From NCBI RefSeq assembly GCF_001194135.2, contig NC_068995.1, positions 17,560,731-17,624,730 of the forward strand: a stretch of DNA of 64,000 nt. The letters run 5' to 3'. Below the pieces are notes generated by a model. The model worked only from the letters and a program-made list of their open reading frames with translations. It was not told the origin of the DNA and made no database searches. The position numbers and the translations under genes were made by a program. This DNA comes from Octopus bimaculoides (taxonomy: Eukaryota). This document shows positions 39,145 to 53,248 of this stretch, piece after piece. Positions within the stretch are counted from its first letter, which is position 1. Each line of letters opens with the position of its first letter.

Positions 39145-41928
39145 GTACATGCGTACATAGATACATAGAGAGAGTGAGAGAGTGAGAAAGAGAAAGATGG
39201 ATAGGTTGCTCGGTAGAGAGATGTGTAAGAATGCATAATGTATATCATATTGTGCAAATAGAAATAGAAATATATTTTGCTATGATTGTTATAAAGGAAG
39301 CAAATATAATTGAGGCCTTATTTATATATTCATTCATTTAGCTATTTATTTGGGAAATGTAAAACATATCCTCTGGGTCAGAGAATTCAAGTTAATATTA
39401 AAATATCTGATCCGAATGAATAGATTCGAGTGTTTCTATCCGTGATGGCATTCGAATTAGAATGTACTTCTCTTGCTTCTGACGTAATTTGTTTTTGAGA
39501 CTGCGCAGTGGGTGATCTTTGATAGACAGGACATCGCCAAATAAGTTCTCGTTGAACCTAAGAAAAGAAGTATTTCTGAAGCCTTATTGATTTTTGTTGA
39601 AATAAAGATTAAACCATCTATTTATCAATATAGTTTTCGTATATCCATTTAAAATATTGTTTGCTCTCTTTCAGACATTCAGACACGATTTCGGAATTGA
39701 AGTTGAAGTATTTAAAACCTAAATTGCCGAAGGGAAAATATAAAATACAATTTTATAATGTGTGTACTATCAGATATTTGTAAATGTTAACATAATACGA
39801 TTGTTCATCCATACAAAAACACGCACATTTCATATTTATATCAATATGCATTATTTCGCTCTTGAGAAAATCGATGTAGTTTTGAGCACCTGGAGAGAGT
39901 AACCGTTAATCTGCTTTCAATCTTTCTTTTACATCCGATTCACGTAATAAACTTATGAACTAGCTTTGAAAACGCATGAACGCCACGCAGTCCTTTTCCT
40001 ACCTAATATGATTGTAAAGGTAAAATAAGAAAATCGGTATGATGCACTGCAATATGAAGTTATTTTTTAATATCTTTGAACATATTTAAATTGTCCTTTT
40101 CATTAGTTCTATCTGTGCGCGTGTGCTGGAATTTGCGGTGGGGGAAGGAGCTTGTGATTCATGCAGAATAGGAGTTTTGTAACCAGATCAAATACTTGTA
40201 AATATATATTCAAACATTATACCTTACAAAACAAATTCCTACAATATTATTAATCAAGTCTGCTTTATCTTTTTGCTAGAAATTATAGATTGCCTTGGTC
40301 AATAAATGTATCATGATAATAACACAATTATTGGAAACTAATTTCTTTCCACCTCAATTGCATTCCCCCATCGGGGACATATAAAGTAAATTATTTAGGA
40401 GTAAAGGCTTTCCGCTATTGTTAACCTGTTTCAAGTACCTATTTGCATGGCAAAATAATATTTACAAAAATGTATGAGCTTGGCGTGATCTATGAATATA
40501 GAATTTTCAAGACTAATTTATTTCAAATTATATAGTTTTTGAACTAATAATATATGTTATTAAGAAGCCAACATATTTTCGAGAGTTTTAAATGCGTAAG
40601 TACTGTATCTAATAACAATCAAATTGAATAATTCCCAACATCATTATAATATAAACGAAAATCCTACAAGGGAAAGTAATTCTATATTTTTATCAACTTA
40701 ACGATTCCGCATTAGTGTAAGCACTAGAAGACAACAGTGGTATTAATGTTAATGTTGTTTAAGAACAACTACTATGGAATTATTCTAACAGGAAATAAAA
40801 TATACATTTTGTTATTTATTGTTGAAAATTCACGCTAATTACATGCCAAACAAAATTATCGGTCTGCTTAAATATCTAAATTTAAGTCACGAATTCGTAC
40901 ATTTGAATTTGGACATATTTATGTATGTATGCATGTATGCATGTATATATACATCATACATACATACATACATACCAGTATACATGCATGCTTCCACACT
41001 CATGTACGCACACGAAGATACGTAGAGGCTAACTTTATATACATATATGCCCATGCATATACACATGCATACATACATGTACACAGACACACAGAATCAC
41101 ACATACACATATACATACACACACACGCACACACATTTCAGTTTGGAGTGATATATTATCCGGGTGGAGACCATAGCTGCTTATACTTAATTTCCAGATT
41201 TCGGTTAACCACATCGATCAGTTTTTAACGTCTATGATTACTATTTGTTGTCAGTCACTCTGTAAATTTCTCCGATAGGAGAATCCGTGTTTGCTTGACA
41301 GGATGGTAATATTGTATTGAGTATATATTAGCAATAATTATAACGATATAGAATATATGTGACTTGTTCATCCTAAAAAAGATTTTCCTCTTATCTTGCA
41401 AATTATACAACATATTAATGTGGTCCTTATGGCCTACAGGTGTTTCCACTACACATATAACAGCCAATTGGAGATGTAACCTGGCTCGAATCGTGCCACG
41501 TTGCATCTGCAAGTGCCCTTGATATATACAGTGGAAATATATGTAAGTCATAAAGGCCATAATATGGTGCAAAGGATTGTAACATAAGATGAAATAAATT
41601 TTGAGGACGAACTATTATCCATATTCTATATCATTATAATTATTGTTTATATGTATGCATATATATATATATATATANNNNNNNNNNNNNNNNNNNNNNN
41701 NNNNNNNNNNNNNNNNNNNNNNNNNNNNNNNNNNNNNNNNNNNNNNNNNNNNNNNNNNNNNNNNNNNNNNNNNNNNNNNNNNNNNNNNNNNNNNNNNNNN
41801 NNNNNNNNNNNNNNNNNNNNNNNNNNNNNNNNNNNNNNNNNNNNNNNNNNNNNNNNNNNNNNNNNNNNNNNNNNNNNNNNNNNNNNNNNNNNNNNNNNNN
41901 NNNNNNNNNNNNNNNNNNNNNNNNNNNN

Positions 41929-41981
<53 letters not shown>

Positions 41982-43449
41982 CAGACGCACAGACACATAC
42001 GAGGTAGTGCTGAAAAATTGCTGGCTTTGGGTGAAAGCATACATTGGAGGATCACTTAATTATGGTTTTCGTCAACGTATTTCTCTCTGAGATTTCCACA
42101 CTTACTGAAGAAGCCTTCCAGATTTTATAAGCTCTGTAAAAGAACTCGGAAGTTTGGGCTTCAAGCCAGGCCTTTCACACACTTGCGCGCACGCGCGTGT
42201 GTGTACACATAAGTAATCTGTAATATGTCATTGTCCATATGCTGTGTGAAGTATAGATAGAAAAATAGACAGATATTATTTATTGCTGCCTTGATGATTT
42301 AAAAAATATTGCAGTGTGATGAAGTCTATTGCATGTATCGAAATATTCCGTCCGCAGTTGTGTTATTAGTGCAACGTTATATTAGTATTTATTACAGAAA
42401 TATCAAATATTCAGTGTTACAGTGTTTTATATTATGCCAACGTATCACAGGTTTTTCAAAATCATATTTCACACCATTACTTGAAGACATACTGAAATTG
42501 TTTTAGTTTTTCTCTAATGCAATTTGATATTTCCCAGCAATTTAAAGACTATGATTTATGACCACAAGGATACAACACACAAAGTAGAGTTGAGTGGATG
42601 TCTGTTCACTACAATTTCTAATACGTATAGATGACTTTATAATGAGTTTTGCTGTATTATCTTAACACATTTTCTTCGTTGTTGCTATATTAGAATATGA
42701 AATGTAGTTATATAGAAACTAATAAATAAACATACGAGCTTATTGCTGTAGTTAATGCTATAAATATTTGAATAAAGCTTCTTTTACAAACAGGAAGATT
42801 TCAAATCTTGTATAATGCTTACCTCATATTTAGTGATTCTCACTTTATGCAATGTCTTCATCCGCATAAATATATATATTTTAAATGCTCTTTCATATTT
42901 ACAGAAATCATCGTTGAGGTCTCTCTTAATTGGTGCAAAATGAAAGTTATATTATACTGTGAATAACATGGTACATTTTATATTTTCATATATATCTTTA
43001 TTTACAGTAATTTTGATATTCCATAAGATATCCGTCATTATACAAACGCATTTCTTTTCATGGAGGTAGTACGTTTGAAATAGTGTTCTCTGATTCCAGT
43101 GTCAAAAAAGATGAAGCATTCTATATTCAAGTAGTGCTCCTTGAATCACTAGCTTAGAAGGAACATTGAGTGCCATTTAAAACGAATAATGTCAGACTTG
43201 CATACAAAATGGAAATTACATTGGATAATGACCACACTCTTTCTAAATTTCTCTTCTACTTATAAATGCCACGTATTTTATCTATTAACTCTTAATGATT
43301 TATATACTAATTATAGTTACTACTACTTCTGCTGTTCCTACTGTGATCATCATTATTATAATGATTATCACCATCAACATAATAATAAGTATTTATATTC
43401 AGTGAGAGAGTATTGCGTGCCATAAACGTGACACTTGTGCACACTTATA

Positions 43450-43915
43450 CGAAGCTCAGTATAGTAATCATGACTACCCGTCTGATAAGGGTGCACCAGG
43501 CACATGCATCACAACCATATATGCGTAACATAGTGATCTCATACCAAGATAAACAATCCATAACCTTGCAGGTGGGGCCCAGTTAAAATTTTCCTCATTT
43601 CGAGTAGCGCATCCCTCTCAAAAAGTCCCTCAACAATACATGTTTAATGATATTGAACGAAACACCCAAAGGATACCTAAGGTGAATTATTCAAACCCAA
43701 AGAAGTCCTCTTAATACATGGCTATGATACTTCCCGCCCTCTACTTCTGCCCATGATCAAAGATGCACATATTGTCGACCACTGAGGGTCATGCTCAATT
43801 CTTTAAGATCCAGCAACTGACAAGCAAATCTGTGTTATTGAGCAGAGTATTTGCTATAGCCCATCTTTTATACCAAGACAAAACGTGTGTATGATAACAC
43901 TTTCAATCAGAAGGC
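43450..43915. mobile_element. Probable interspersed repeat of unresolved family
   Basis: Recalled resemblance to a common octopus repeat; no second copy in the window to confirm it. Confidence 0.4.
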
Positions 43916-43949
43916 ATGAAATTCAGTTCCTGGTATTGCATCAGGGAAT

Positions 43950-44027
43950 GTATTACTATTATTATTATTGTTGTTGTTGGTGGTGTTATTAATATTATTA
44001 TTGCTGTTATTATTATTACTATTATTA

Positions 44028-44109
<82 letters not shown>

Positions 44110-44138
44110 CATTATTAGTATCATCATCAATCATCATC

Positions 44139-44184
<46 letters not shown>

Positions 44185-44195
44185 GTTGTTGTTGC
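43950..44195. repeat. Compound (TTA)n/(TCA)n microsatellite
   Basis: Direct reading. Confidence 0.97.
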
Positions 44196-44720
44196 TGTAT
44201 ACTTGTCAGTATACTCGGTCTTGTTTGTTCTGGTATATTCTGTGAGAGCGGACAGCAGCCTGCTCTCAGAGGTCACACAGGGTCTCTTCCCGCATATTAT
44301 AAGCATTGATACATCGCTGTTAATTATCGTGGAAGTTACCCAACATCCATGTACCAATCTCAAATTCGTAACTATCCCCAGAAGAGTAGTTTTTTAGGGC
44401 TTGCTCTCCTTTCATTAATATCGATTTCTGTCATTTCTTTCTCGAACTAGTGCTACGATTGCACCTACAATCACTGGATTGACAAACGCTTTCCTCATAG
44501 TCCATATTCTTGTAATTTCGTCTTTTAGTGATCTGTACTTTTCAAACTTTTCTAGTTCTTTGTCACATATGCGTGCATCTTCAGGTTCTTCAGTGTATAA
44601 TCTTGGTTTTCTTTTTATACTTTATCTACCACAATATCTGATCTCCGAGCATTTATTGGGAAATCACGCTGGAGTGTAAAATCCCACAATATCTTATATT
44701 ACTTGTTATCGGTGACTCCT
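44196..44720 (-). mobile_element. R4/Dong-clade LINE 3' end (restriction-like endonuclease + 3' UTR)
   Basis: KILWDFTLQRDFPINARRSDIVVDK..EKYRSLKDEITRIWTMRKAFVNPVIVGAI; 3' end runs into (GAT)n(AAT)n. Confidence 0.8.
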
Positions 44721-44879
44721 GTTTCATGTTCGTAAAATTTCCGTGCTCTGTCCAGGCCGTATATTTCACATAGCGAAAGCACGTGATATAAATGTGACTA
44801 CTGAATAACAACAACAACAACCATAACATTATCATCATCATAATCAACAACAACAACAGCAACAGCAATAATAATAAGT

Positions 44880-46040
44880 ACCAGTAAGACTGATAATGTA
44901 ATTACTGAAGACGATCAAGATAGACAAATGGACAAGAAGGAAATTTTAGAAATGTTCCGAGGTAAAGTGTCTGATTAGAACAATGAAGTACCACCAAAAG
45001 TAACATATATGGAGAGAAAACGTGAGGAGAACCACAGGCAAAGTAAAAGACCTTTTAGACTTGATTAAAACTGAAAACATCAGTGAAACAAACCAGCTAA
45101 TCATAGTTGCTGCTAATGCCGTAGCTAACATAGTTGGTTACAGGCAAAATACTGAAGATATAAAAGCAAATGAAAGGAATGAATCAAACTGGAGGAAGAG
45201 AATACGAATGAAGCTTGAAAAGACACGGAGAGAACTAGGGCAACTGAATAGGATAATAAGAGGAGAGTTCAAGAACAAGGTAGTAATCAGAAAATTGAAT
45301 GGACAGTAAGGGTTAGAAGAAAGGTAGAAACAAACAGGACATAAAGAACTGACACAAAAGGTGACAGTATTAAATACCAAATTGAAAAGATCTGATGCTA
45401 GATGCAAAGAATTTGAACAAAATAGACTGACTGTTCCAAACAAATAGATGGCCTCTTTTTGAGGAAATAGAAGGAGGCCAACAGTAGGAACTGATTCCAG
45501 ATGCGGAAGAAAGTAAGGGATTTTGTTGAAGGTTGTGGAACAAGCCAGCGAGGCATAAAGAAAGCGCGGAGGGGGGCTAAAAGATGTTGAAAGACAACCT
45601 GCAACTGTACCAAGACAAGCGGACGTCAGAATTAATCTATATACAGTGTGACATAAGTTTTAAAATAGCAAATTAGAAAGGACCCATCCCGGTTGGTGCA
45701 CAAGGCCATTTGTTGAAGAACTTTGCGCTGTTGCATGAAAGAATCGTTGCGCAACTGGATGACTGCCTGCAGCAAGATCACGTCCCTGCCTGGATGACAA
45801 ATGGACGAACGCTGCTGTGCCTCAAGATCCCTTGAAAGCGAACTTGGTATCAAATTTTCGAACTATAAGCTGTTTACTACTAATGTGAAGGCTTATGACC
45901 GGTATCTTGGCGAAGGAGTTATACAACCGTCTGGAAAGTAACAATCTACTTCAAGAAGAACAGAAAGGATGCAGAAAATAAAGTATGACAACAACATATC
46001 TCTTATAAGTTGATAAAATGATAATTAGAAGCTGTAGACG
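44880..46040 (+). mobile_element. R4/Dong-clade LINE fragment (N-terminal region and start of RT)
   Basis: NWRKRIRMKLEKTRRELGQL; LLKNFALLHERIVAQLDDCLQQDHVPAWMTNGRTLLCLK..NFRTISCL..LMTGILAKELYNRLESNNLLQEEQKGCR. Confidence 0.85.
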
Positions 46041-48099
46041 GAGATTGATGGGATTGAATGTAACATGACTTCTCGACTTCCATTATACTTTAAGACACGT
46101 TGAACATAATCGGCTGAATCGTGGACAAAATCATTTATATATGTTACTTGCGTATATTGCGCTTTTGGATTCAACTGCTACAAAACTTAAAGCTACCTAT
46201 CATCTCTGTAACGCCAGGAACTTGATAAGATTTGTTATATCATATCCTCAGTATCACATTTTCATTCAAATGATAAAAATGAATGTTATTATTTAAAACA
46301 AACGGAATATATGATATATAATATAATATATAAATGATATTTTACATATGACATACAAGAAAGGAACGATTACTCCAAAGTGGTATTTAAAAATAAACTA
46401 CATAATTCATATCTTACGTTACTGTAAACTATAGATATAATTTCAAAATTACGTAATTCATTGTAAGAGGAGATAGATTTAAAAATTACAGTTAAGTAAC
46501 TATTATGAATAATTAATATTATATAAATTCAATTCAATTATATAACATAAATCTTTGTATTATGATTAAGCAGAAATTTCACTCCTTATAATGTTTCATT
46601 CAGAAGGACAAGAACGCTAATTTCTAATCATTTACCGTTACATGTTATTTTGTAGTCTCGTAATATTTAATCATTCTCATGTTTTATAAATTTTAATCAT
46701 AATGTAGTTCACAAATTTCATTTAATTTTTTGGAAATTACATGTTTTCTTTCTATGAATTTGATTATGTAATCTTTTGATTTACTGGCAACAAACTCAAC
46801 AAACATTCCCTATTAATAAATGTCTTGAAATAGAATAATTAAACATAATGAAATGTAATTTTTTTCCTCTTTTCACCTCAAGTTTAGTCGTTACACAAAC
46901 CTCTTTCTCGTTAGAAATAAACGAACGGTGCCTATCATTGTACTTGGGACTAGCATCTCGTCATGTTGAAGTCCAGAAGGCTCCTTCTTATAATTGTGAT
47001 GCAAATGCGTTTGCTGACATTCATGATATGCACATACATACATACATACATACAGACAGACATACAGGTTGCAATGCTTCAAGAAATTCACAGTTCACAT
47101 TTTGCCATAATGAAGGTTTCATATATTTTAATGGGTTAAGTGAAATATTTCACAAGCATATACATATATTGATGCTTTAGTATTTCTTACCACCTCTGTA
47201 GATAATGCTAAATATTAATTTCAATTTTACAACTTCTCAATCATATCATTCTCTCTCTCACTCCCTTTCAGTTTTATCTCTGTACCTCTTACATATTTAT
47301 TCAGAAGCAACACCTACACAGAGACACACGCATGCACGCACAGAGACAAACGCTTACACACAGACACACATACACATGCATGTAGATATTTCCTGCTTCA
47401 TTACTTTTTATTTATTACATGCTAATTTCATCTCTTCAATAAGCAAATTCTACCCTTGTATACTTCAGTTACCATTTTGCAGTAGGTGAGGTTTATAACT
47501 TTAAGTTTATCACCTTTTCCTTTATCTGCCAATCTTTCTCTCTTGTGATGTATCTTTTTTTATTGCACTCTCACATTCTACTAACTTATTTACACAGATA
47601 TAGTCATATCCTATTATAATTCTTGAGGAACACCCAACTGCTGCTCTTATATGTAATCAATATAATCTGGTGAAAACTCTTACAGACAAGACCTGTCAAA
47701 CGTGTAGAGCTAAAAGCACATCAGGCGGTGGGGATGCTTAATAAAAGTGCAATACTAATGGAATATCAGATTAAGATCAAGTTATAAATCTCAAACAAGA
47801 TATAATCTTCTGACGCCTAGTGTTGAAGAATCCATAATTTCCAGAAGGTAAAATTAAAACAAGATTTCTGGGGCAACTTATAGATTGCTTATGATAAGAC
47901 GGTTCTTACGTTCATGAAAAAGTACATTAACATATAACGGCTATTGTAGTTATAGATACACAGCCATATACGAACTAACAATATAGTGACAAACATATGT
48001 AATAATATGTACACGCAAAATACACACATATATCGCGCGCCTTCTCATTCATGGAATCAAATGTACGTAGTATAAACACGTAATACATGTGTCACACGT

Positions 48100-48800
48100 A
48101 CTATGGTGTCATAAGTGCATCACTCAAGGAGAAGATTGAGAGATATGATAGGGGAGCGCACCCAAAAGTGGAAAAACACGGAAAAATATAGTTCCAGAAG
48201 GAGGGAAAAGGACATAAGGTCAGGCCTTCAAATAAAATATATGAGACAGACGAAAGATGGAAGGGATACTGGGAGCTGGCCGCGGATTTGGAAAGACTGT
48301 TAATATCTCTACTCATAAAAACTACAAAAAGACCAGACTTAATCCCATGGAACTCAGAACGGAGAATTGGAATTTTGCTATAGTTGACTGTACCATGGGC
48401 AGAGAACATTGCTAAAGCAGAGCAACGGAAGGAGGGGAGGTATGAAACATTAATCGAAGAGTGCAGAGAACAGGGATGGACTGTCGAGTATTACCACCTG
48501 ACTGTGGGGGCTACAGGCTTCATTGAAAGGAAAATAACAACGTTATTTAAAAGAAGATTTGCATTTTCGAGCTCAGAGCTGAGAAAGGTAATAAGGAGGA
48601 TACAGGAGGCAGTCGAAAAAAAAAAACAGCTTCTATATATGGCTGAAGCGGGAGACCCAAAATGACTAGAAAGCCATAACAAACCGACTGGGAAATAGCG
48701 TCGCTAGGTGAGGCTGGCTGACACTTAAGCAGCATCGCTGATTGACAGGTGGGCGGATATAAAATTCTCGGCTTACATGAAAATTCATGGGTTTCTACTA
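48100..48800 (+). mobile_element. HERO/NeSL-like RLE LINE 3' fragment
   Basis: WELAADLERL..TTKRPDLIPWN..L*LTVPWAENIAKAEQRKEGRYETLIEECREQGWTVEYYHLTVGATGF (PD-(D/E)xK endonuclease). Confidence 0.85.
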
Positions 48801-51297
48801 CCACTTTTAACTAAATTTTCCGATCAGCCAATATCGTAAATTGATCTTTTTTTCCAAAAATGGGCAATTTCAGTACAGCAAAAACGGTAGCTAACCATGA
48901 AAAACTAAGGTCATTTTCGGAATCAGCACCATCAAATTAGCGAAAAAAACGTGTCTTGTTTCTTGGCACCAAAAATCGTGTTGACCTGTGTAATATAACT
49001 ACCAAACATTTCATTCCTAATGACAGTGTTTATGTAATTTACATTTTAAATTGTTGAAGAAGCTTGTGGGATTTTTTGTGTAACCTTATACATCTGTGAA
49101 CAAAAACCTTCCAAAGATGCTTGATATTATAAGGTTTTACTTCTTTATATCAGAATGTAGTTTGTTCTTGCATGCAGAATGATTGCTACTTTCAGCAATT
49201 CTCGTGGCATTGTATTACCACGTATCAGAGGATTTTGAATTCAACAATGTAATTAGATAATGAAGTATGGTTATGTAATACAATATGGAAAGAGTGCACA
49301 AAAATAATAGACATGAAAGTAATCAGATTTTACTCCCCTTATGATATTCGACTGTGCATATGTTTCAAATGTCTCTCGCATTGCTGCATTTAACAATCAT
49401 AAAAATCTTTTTTGCTAAAGTATTACCGCTAATGCATCAGTGATAAATCTACGCACTGCCAGGACGACTAATCTGTTTAAAATTCGAGGCATTCACCTTT
49501 GACACATTTTCAAAGCCCAAACAGACACAAAGACGTTACTTTGCCATCCTGTTATACGAATGGACTAGAGTTGATAATTTGGGGGAGAGACTTCTCAGAA
49601 TGATCAATACAGCAAATGAAATACAAGGAATGAACAGCAAAATATACTAACAAAATGCATGCAATGGAGGATGAATATTTAAAATTGTTGTGTCGACTAG
49701 ATTTATTTCAGACACTAGATTGCTGTTAATGCAAAGTAAAATTTTCTTTGAAGTGTAATTCATTTCATGATCTGTTGTGTAATCGATTCCGGCCCAGATT
49801 TTATTTATCTTTGTAGAAACAAAAAAACTTTACAGTAAAATTGGTAGATATCAAAGAGTAATGTAAAACACTCAAAGATTGAGATTTTGATTCGGAGTTT
49901 TGTGTTAACAATCGTTTGTTCTGAAGTTGTGTAATATTAGTAATATATAATCAATATTTTGTAATGTATTTTATCTACTGAGAAATTATTTTACGTTATC
50001 ATATCTAAATCCGATGTACCAGTATCATTAGCATTAATTAGCTTTGATGGATTTCTGTTTTAAGAATAATTGTTAATGAATTAAATCGATAAGTGTTTGT
50101 TAATCTGTCCGAACAGTAATATAAAATTTACGTTCTATATCCATATTATTACATCTAGACTCCCTTAGAAGTAATTTATTGAAGCCACAACAATTCATCT
50201 GTGATTATTGTATTAATATTGTTCGGTAAAATTGATCAATTAAATAACTGTGAAAATCTCTTTTATAGCCGTCTAAAAATTATGGAATATCAAATAAAAG
50301 TAGTTGTGTTGCTTTGTGTTTTCATTAATGCAACAACAACATGCGGATAACAGGATGCACATATTTGTTTCTAATTATGAAGATATGTTCTATGGTTAAT
50401 GGGGAAGACAGCAGAAAAGCTTACTTTTAGGGTAATTCTGTTTAATTTCGCAGCTGTTTTCAAAAACGATTCTCGCTGTATAAACTTGTTATAATCGGGC
50501 GATAAAGTACGAAGATTTTATCTAGATACTACACAAAAGAAATGAAAACAAAACAAACACATCTTTATTGTTCTTACTAAATGAGGAAATTAATTATATT
50601 TGTGATAGAGATACAATGCAATTTCGGGCTATATTTTGAACACTCAAATAAGTAACACAACATATGCTGTAAAATATTTCCAGTAATTTCTCTTCTCAAT
50701 AATAATATATAGAATAAGACGAATCGTGCGATGTGTTTCAAATAAGGGGGATTAAATTATAAGAAGTTAAAATCGTTTAGCACTTCCTTTTTTCATACGC
50801 GTTTCTTTTCACTTTCCTATGTATTCTGTCTCGTAGTCTTCCTTATTTTTTACAATGTTGCATAGCGTACGTGATACGATATTCTAATTTATGAATGTAG
50901 TTCATATTGCTTAGTTTATGTTCTTCCACAAGAAATAGTATTTGAAAACAGGACCTCTAAAGTGAGATCAATCATCTACTGATAATATATTAGTTTAGAT
51001 GTAACCTGATGTATTGTAGATACACCAACTGCCAGTAATTTGTATAGTGTCACAAGATTCTTGGAAGATGGTTTTATTATGTCAACATGCCAATCTAAAA
51101 TATTCATATGGAATACGATTGAATCACATAACCAAATCGGCGATTTTAACTGTAGGTGGAATTAAGTAAATAGCATGAATTCAACTATTCATCACACACT
51201 CATGCACACACACACACACACGCAGACACACACATATACGCACACATGCATGAATGCACATTCACATATATGTGTGTGTGTACGTAGAAACTTATAT

Positions 51298-51362
<65 letters not shown>

Positions 51363-51963
51363 CATACATGCAATAAGGGTAGAAATGAATATTATTAATA
51401 ATATTAACTACTACCCCTATTATTTATTTTTAAATATCTGTGTTTTTTAGTCAATTGATTAACTGCTGAAGTTTATTCTATGCAGTTATTTTCTGACTTG
51501 GCGTGCTAGTATGAGGACATTTGAATCGAGGCTTCGATACGTAATAGTGGAACTCTATACACGTGTATCTTCTCACGGAGATGGGTGGTGTTTACTTCCA
51601 TTGTTATGTTTCAGCGCAGATGTCACCGAGGAGCCACAGGCAATAATTAAATTGTTTATGCTGAAACTTTAAGGTACGGAATTATGTGTTTATTTTTCTT
51701 CATCTGTCTAGCTCGTAAGCATCTAGTGTCCTCCTAATCTGAGAACACATTTTTCATTCCAATATGCAAATAAAGCTCTTATTCCATTATGCTAGCCACA
51801 GTCTAATAATGCTGGCTGGTGAAACTCTTTTGTGTTTCCGTCGAGCTGTACCGATAGAATGTAGGATAAATACAGTAATAATAGCAATAATACTTGAATT
51901 TAATTTATAGATATATAATGTATCGATACGTGCGTTTCCCTCAGTCACAAATCTCTTAAGATC

Positions 51964-52092
51964 ACAGACTGTATTCCTGGGATGATTACAGTGTAGTCCG
52001 TAGTGTCCGTATGCATGAACTACGTGATCTACATGACCTACCTAATACGCAGGAATACTACGGACTGCTAGCATCACAGGAATGCGGACTGA
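51964..52092. other. Imperfect inverted repeat / long hairpin
   Basis: Arm 51964-52012 pairs with arm 52045-52092 (ATTCCTG.GATG and AGTCCGTAGT blocks); ~32-nt loop. Confidence 0.8.
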
Positions 52093-52860
52093 TATATTGG
52101 ACGTAAATGTAAACCTATTTCTAATAGATAAATATAGTAATACCTCGACTATCGCGGGTGTTACGTTCCCAAAATCTCCGCAATATGTGAAAATCCGTGA
52201 AGTAAAAACAGTACTGTACCCGATATATATTTTTAATCACTTTTATACTTTCTACATATTTATTTTATTATAAATGCAAAACAACACCACCGCGGGATAG
52301 ACGTATGCTTAAATAATAAATCGCGATAGTTAATACTGGGCTTAGTAAATTCATTTGGTCTCTGAAGGAACTTAATAAACAATTTGATTTGGAATCAAAT
52401 ATTCTATCTAGGTACTTTCCATATGATACAGGTAAATCTTCTTGTCTCCTCTGTAACTAAGAAGTCTATATCATCCTGTTTTCAGAGAATTCTCTTGTAA
52501 ACACGTTACAAGAACGTGTTTATCGTTACAAACATTGGCAAAAACATACCAGTACTTCCTATAATTTCTACTATTCTACAACATTCGACCTTTAGCTGTC
52601 TTCTTACATTTCATTGCTACTAAATATATCTATTTCCACGTTTTTAGCTTTATTCCCATTTATCTATCGCACTAGATTTCTCCACTCTTGGGTTTCTGCT
52701 AATTTCTTTCTTTCTCCTCCTTCTCTTTCTCGAAATTTCGTTTCACGTTAAATCTATTAACGATTTTTTTAAAGAAATAAGTTGCCAGTGTTCAATTCAT
52801 CGTATACGCAGTCATCACATCTGGCTAAAATGGTTTATTGATGTGTTTTGTTTCTCTTTT

Positions 52861-52948
52861 TTTCCCTGATGAGAAGGTTGCATTGTTTTACATCACTTTA
52901 TTCCCTCTGGAATAATAGCAATGTTTTCTTCGAAACTCATGTCGGAAA
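52861..52948 (+). ncRNA. Type I hammerhead ribozyme, canonical core, long stem II
   Basis: TTTCC-CTGATGA-GAAG...CTTC-GAAA-CTCATG-TC-GGAAA; GUC cleavage after 52943; stem II extended by CATTG/CAATG and TTATTCC/GGAATAA. Confidence 0.85.
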
Positions 52949-53248
52949 CATAAAGATTTGAATAACACATGCTTTTAACTCCTTATCTCTATCTATCTGT
53001 TATACAAACCATTTCACTAAACCCTGTAATTTCTACCTTTATAAGTAGGTTGTAACATCATTAGTACTTATGTGAATCTTTTGGTACCTTGGTAACTATT
53101 TATTTTTTTTCCGTGTTATTTGTACTCATTAAATATACACACACACACATATACATACATACACACACACACATAAATATATATATATGTATATATATAT
53201 ATAAATTTAAAGAATGGAGTAAACGCATATTATAACTGCATACTTTTA

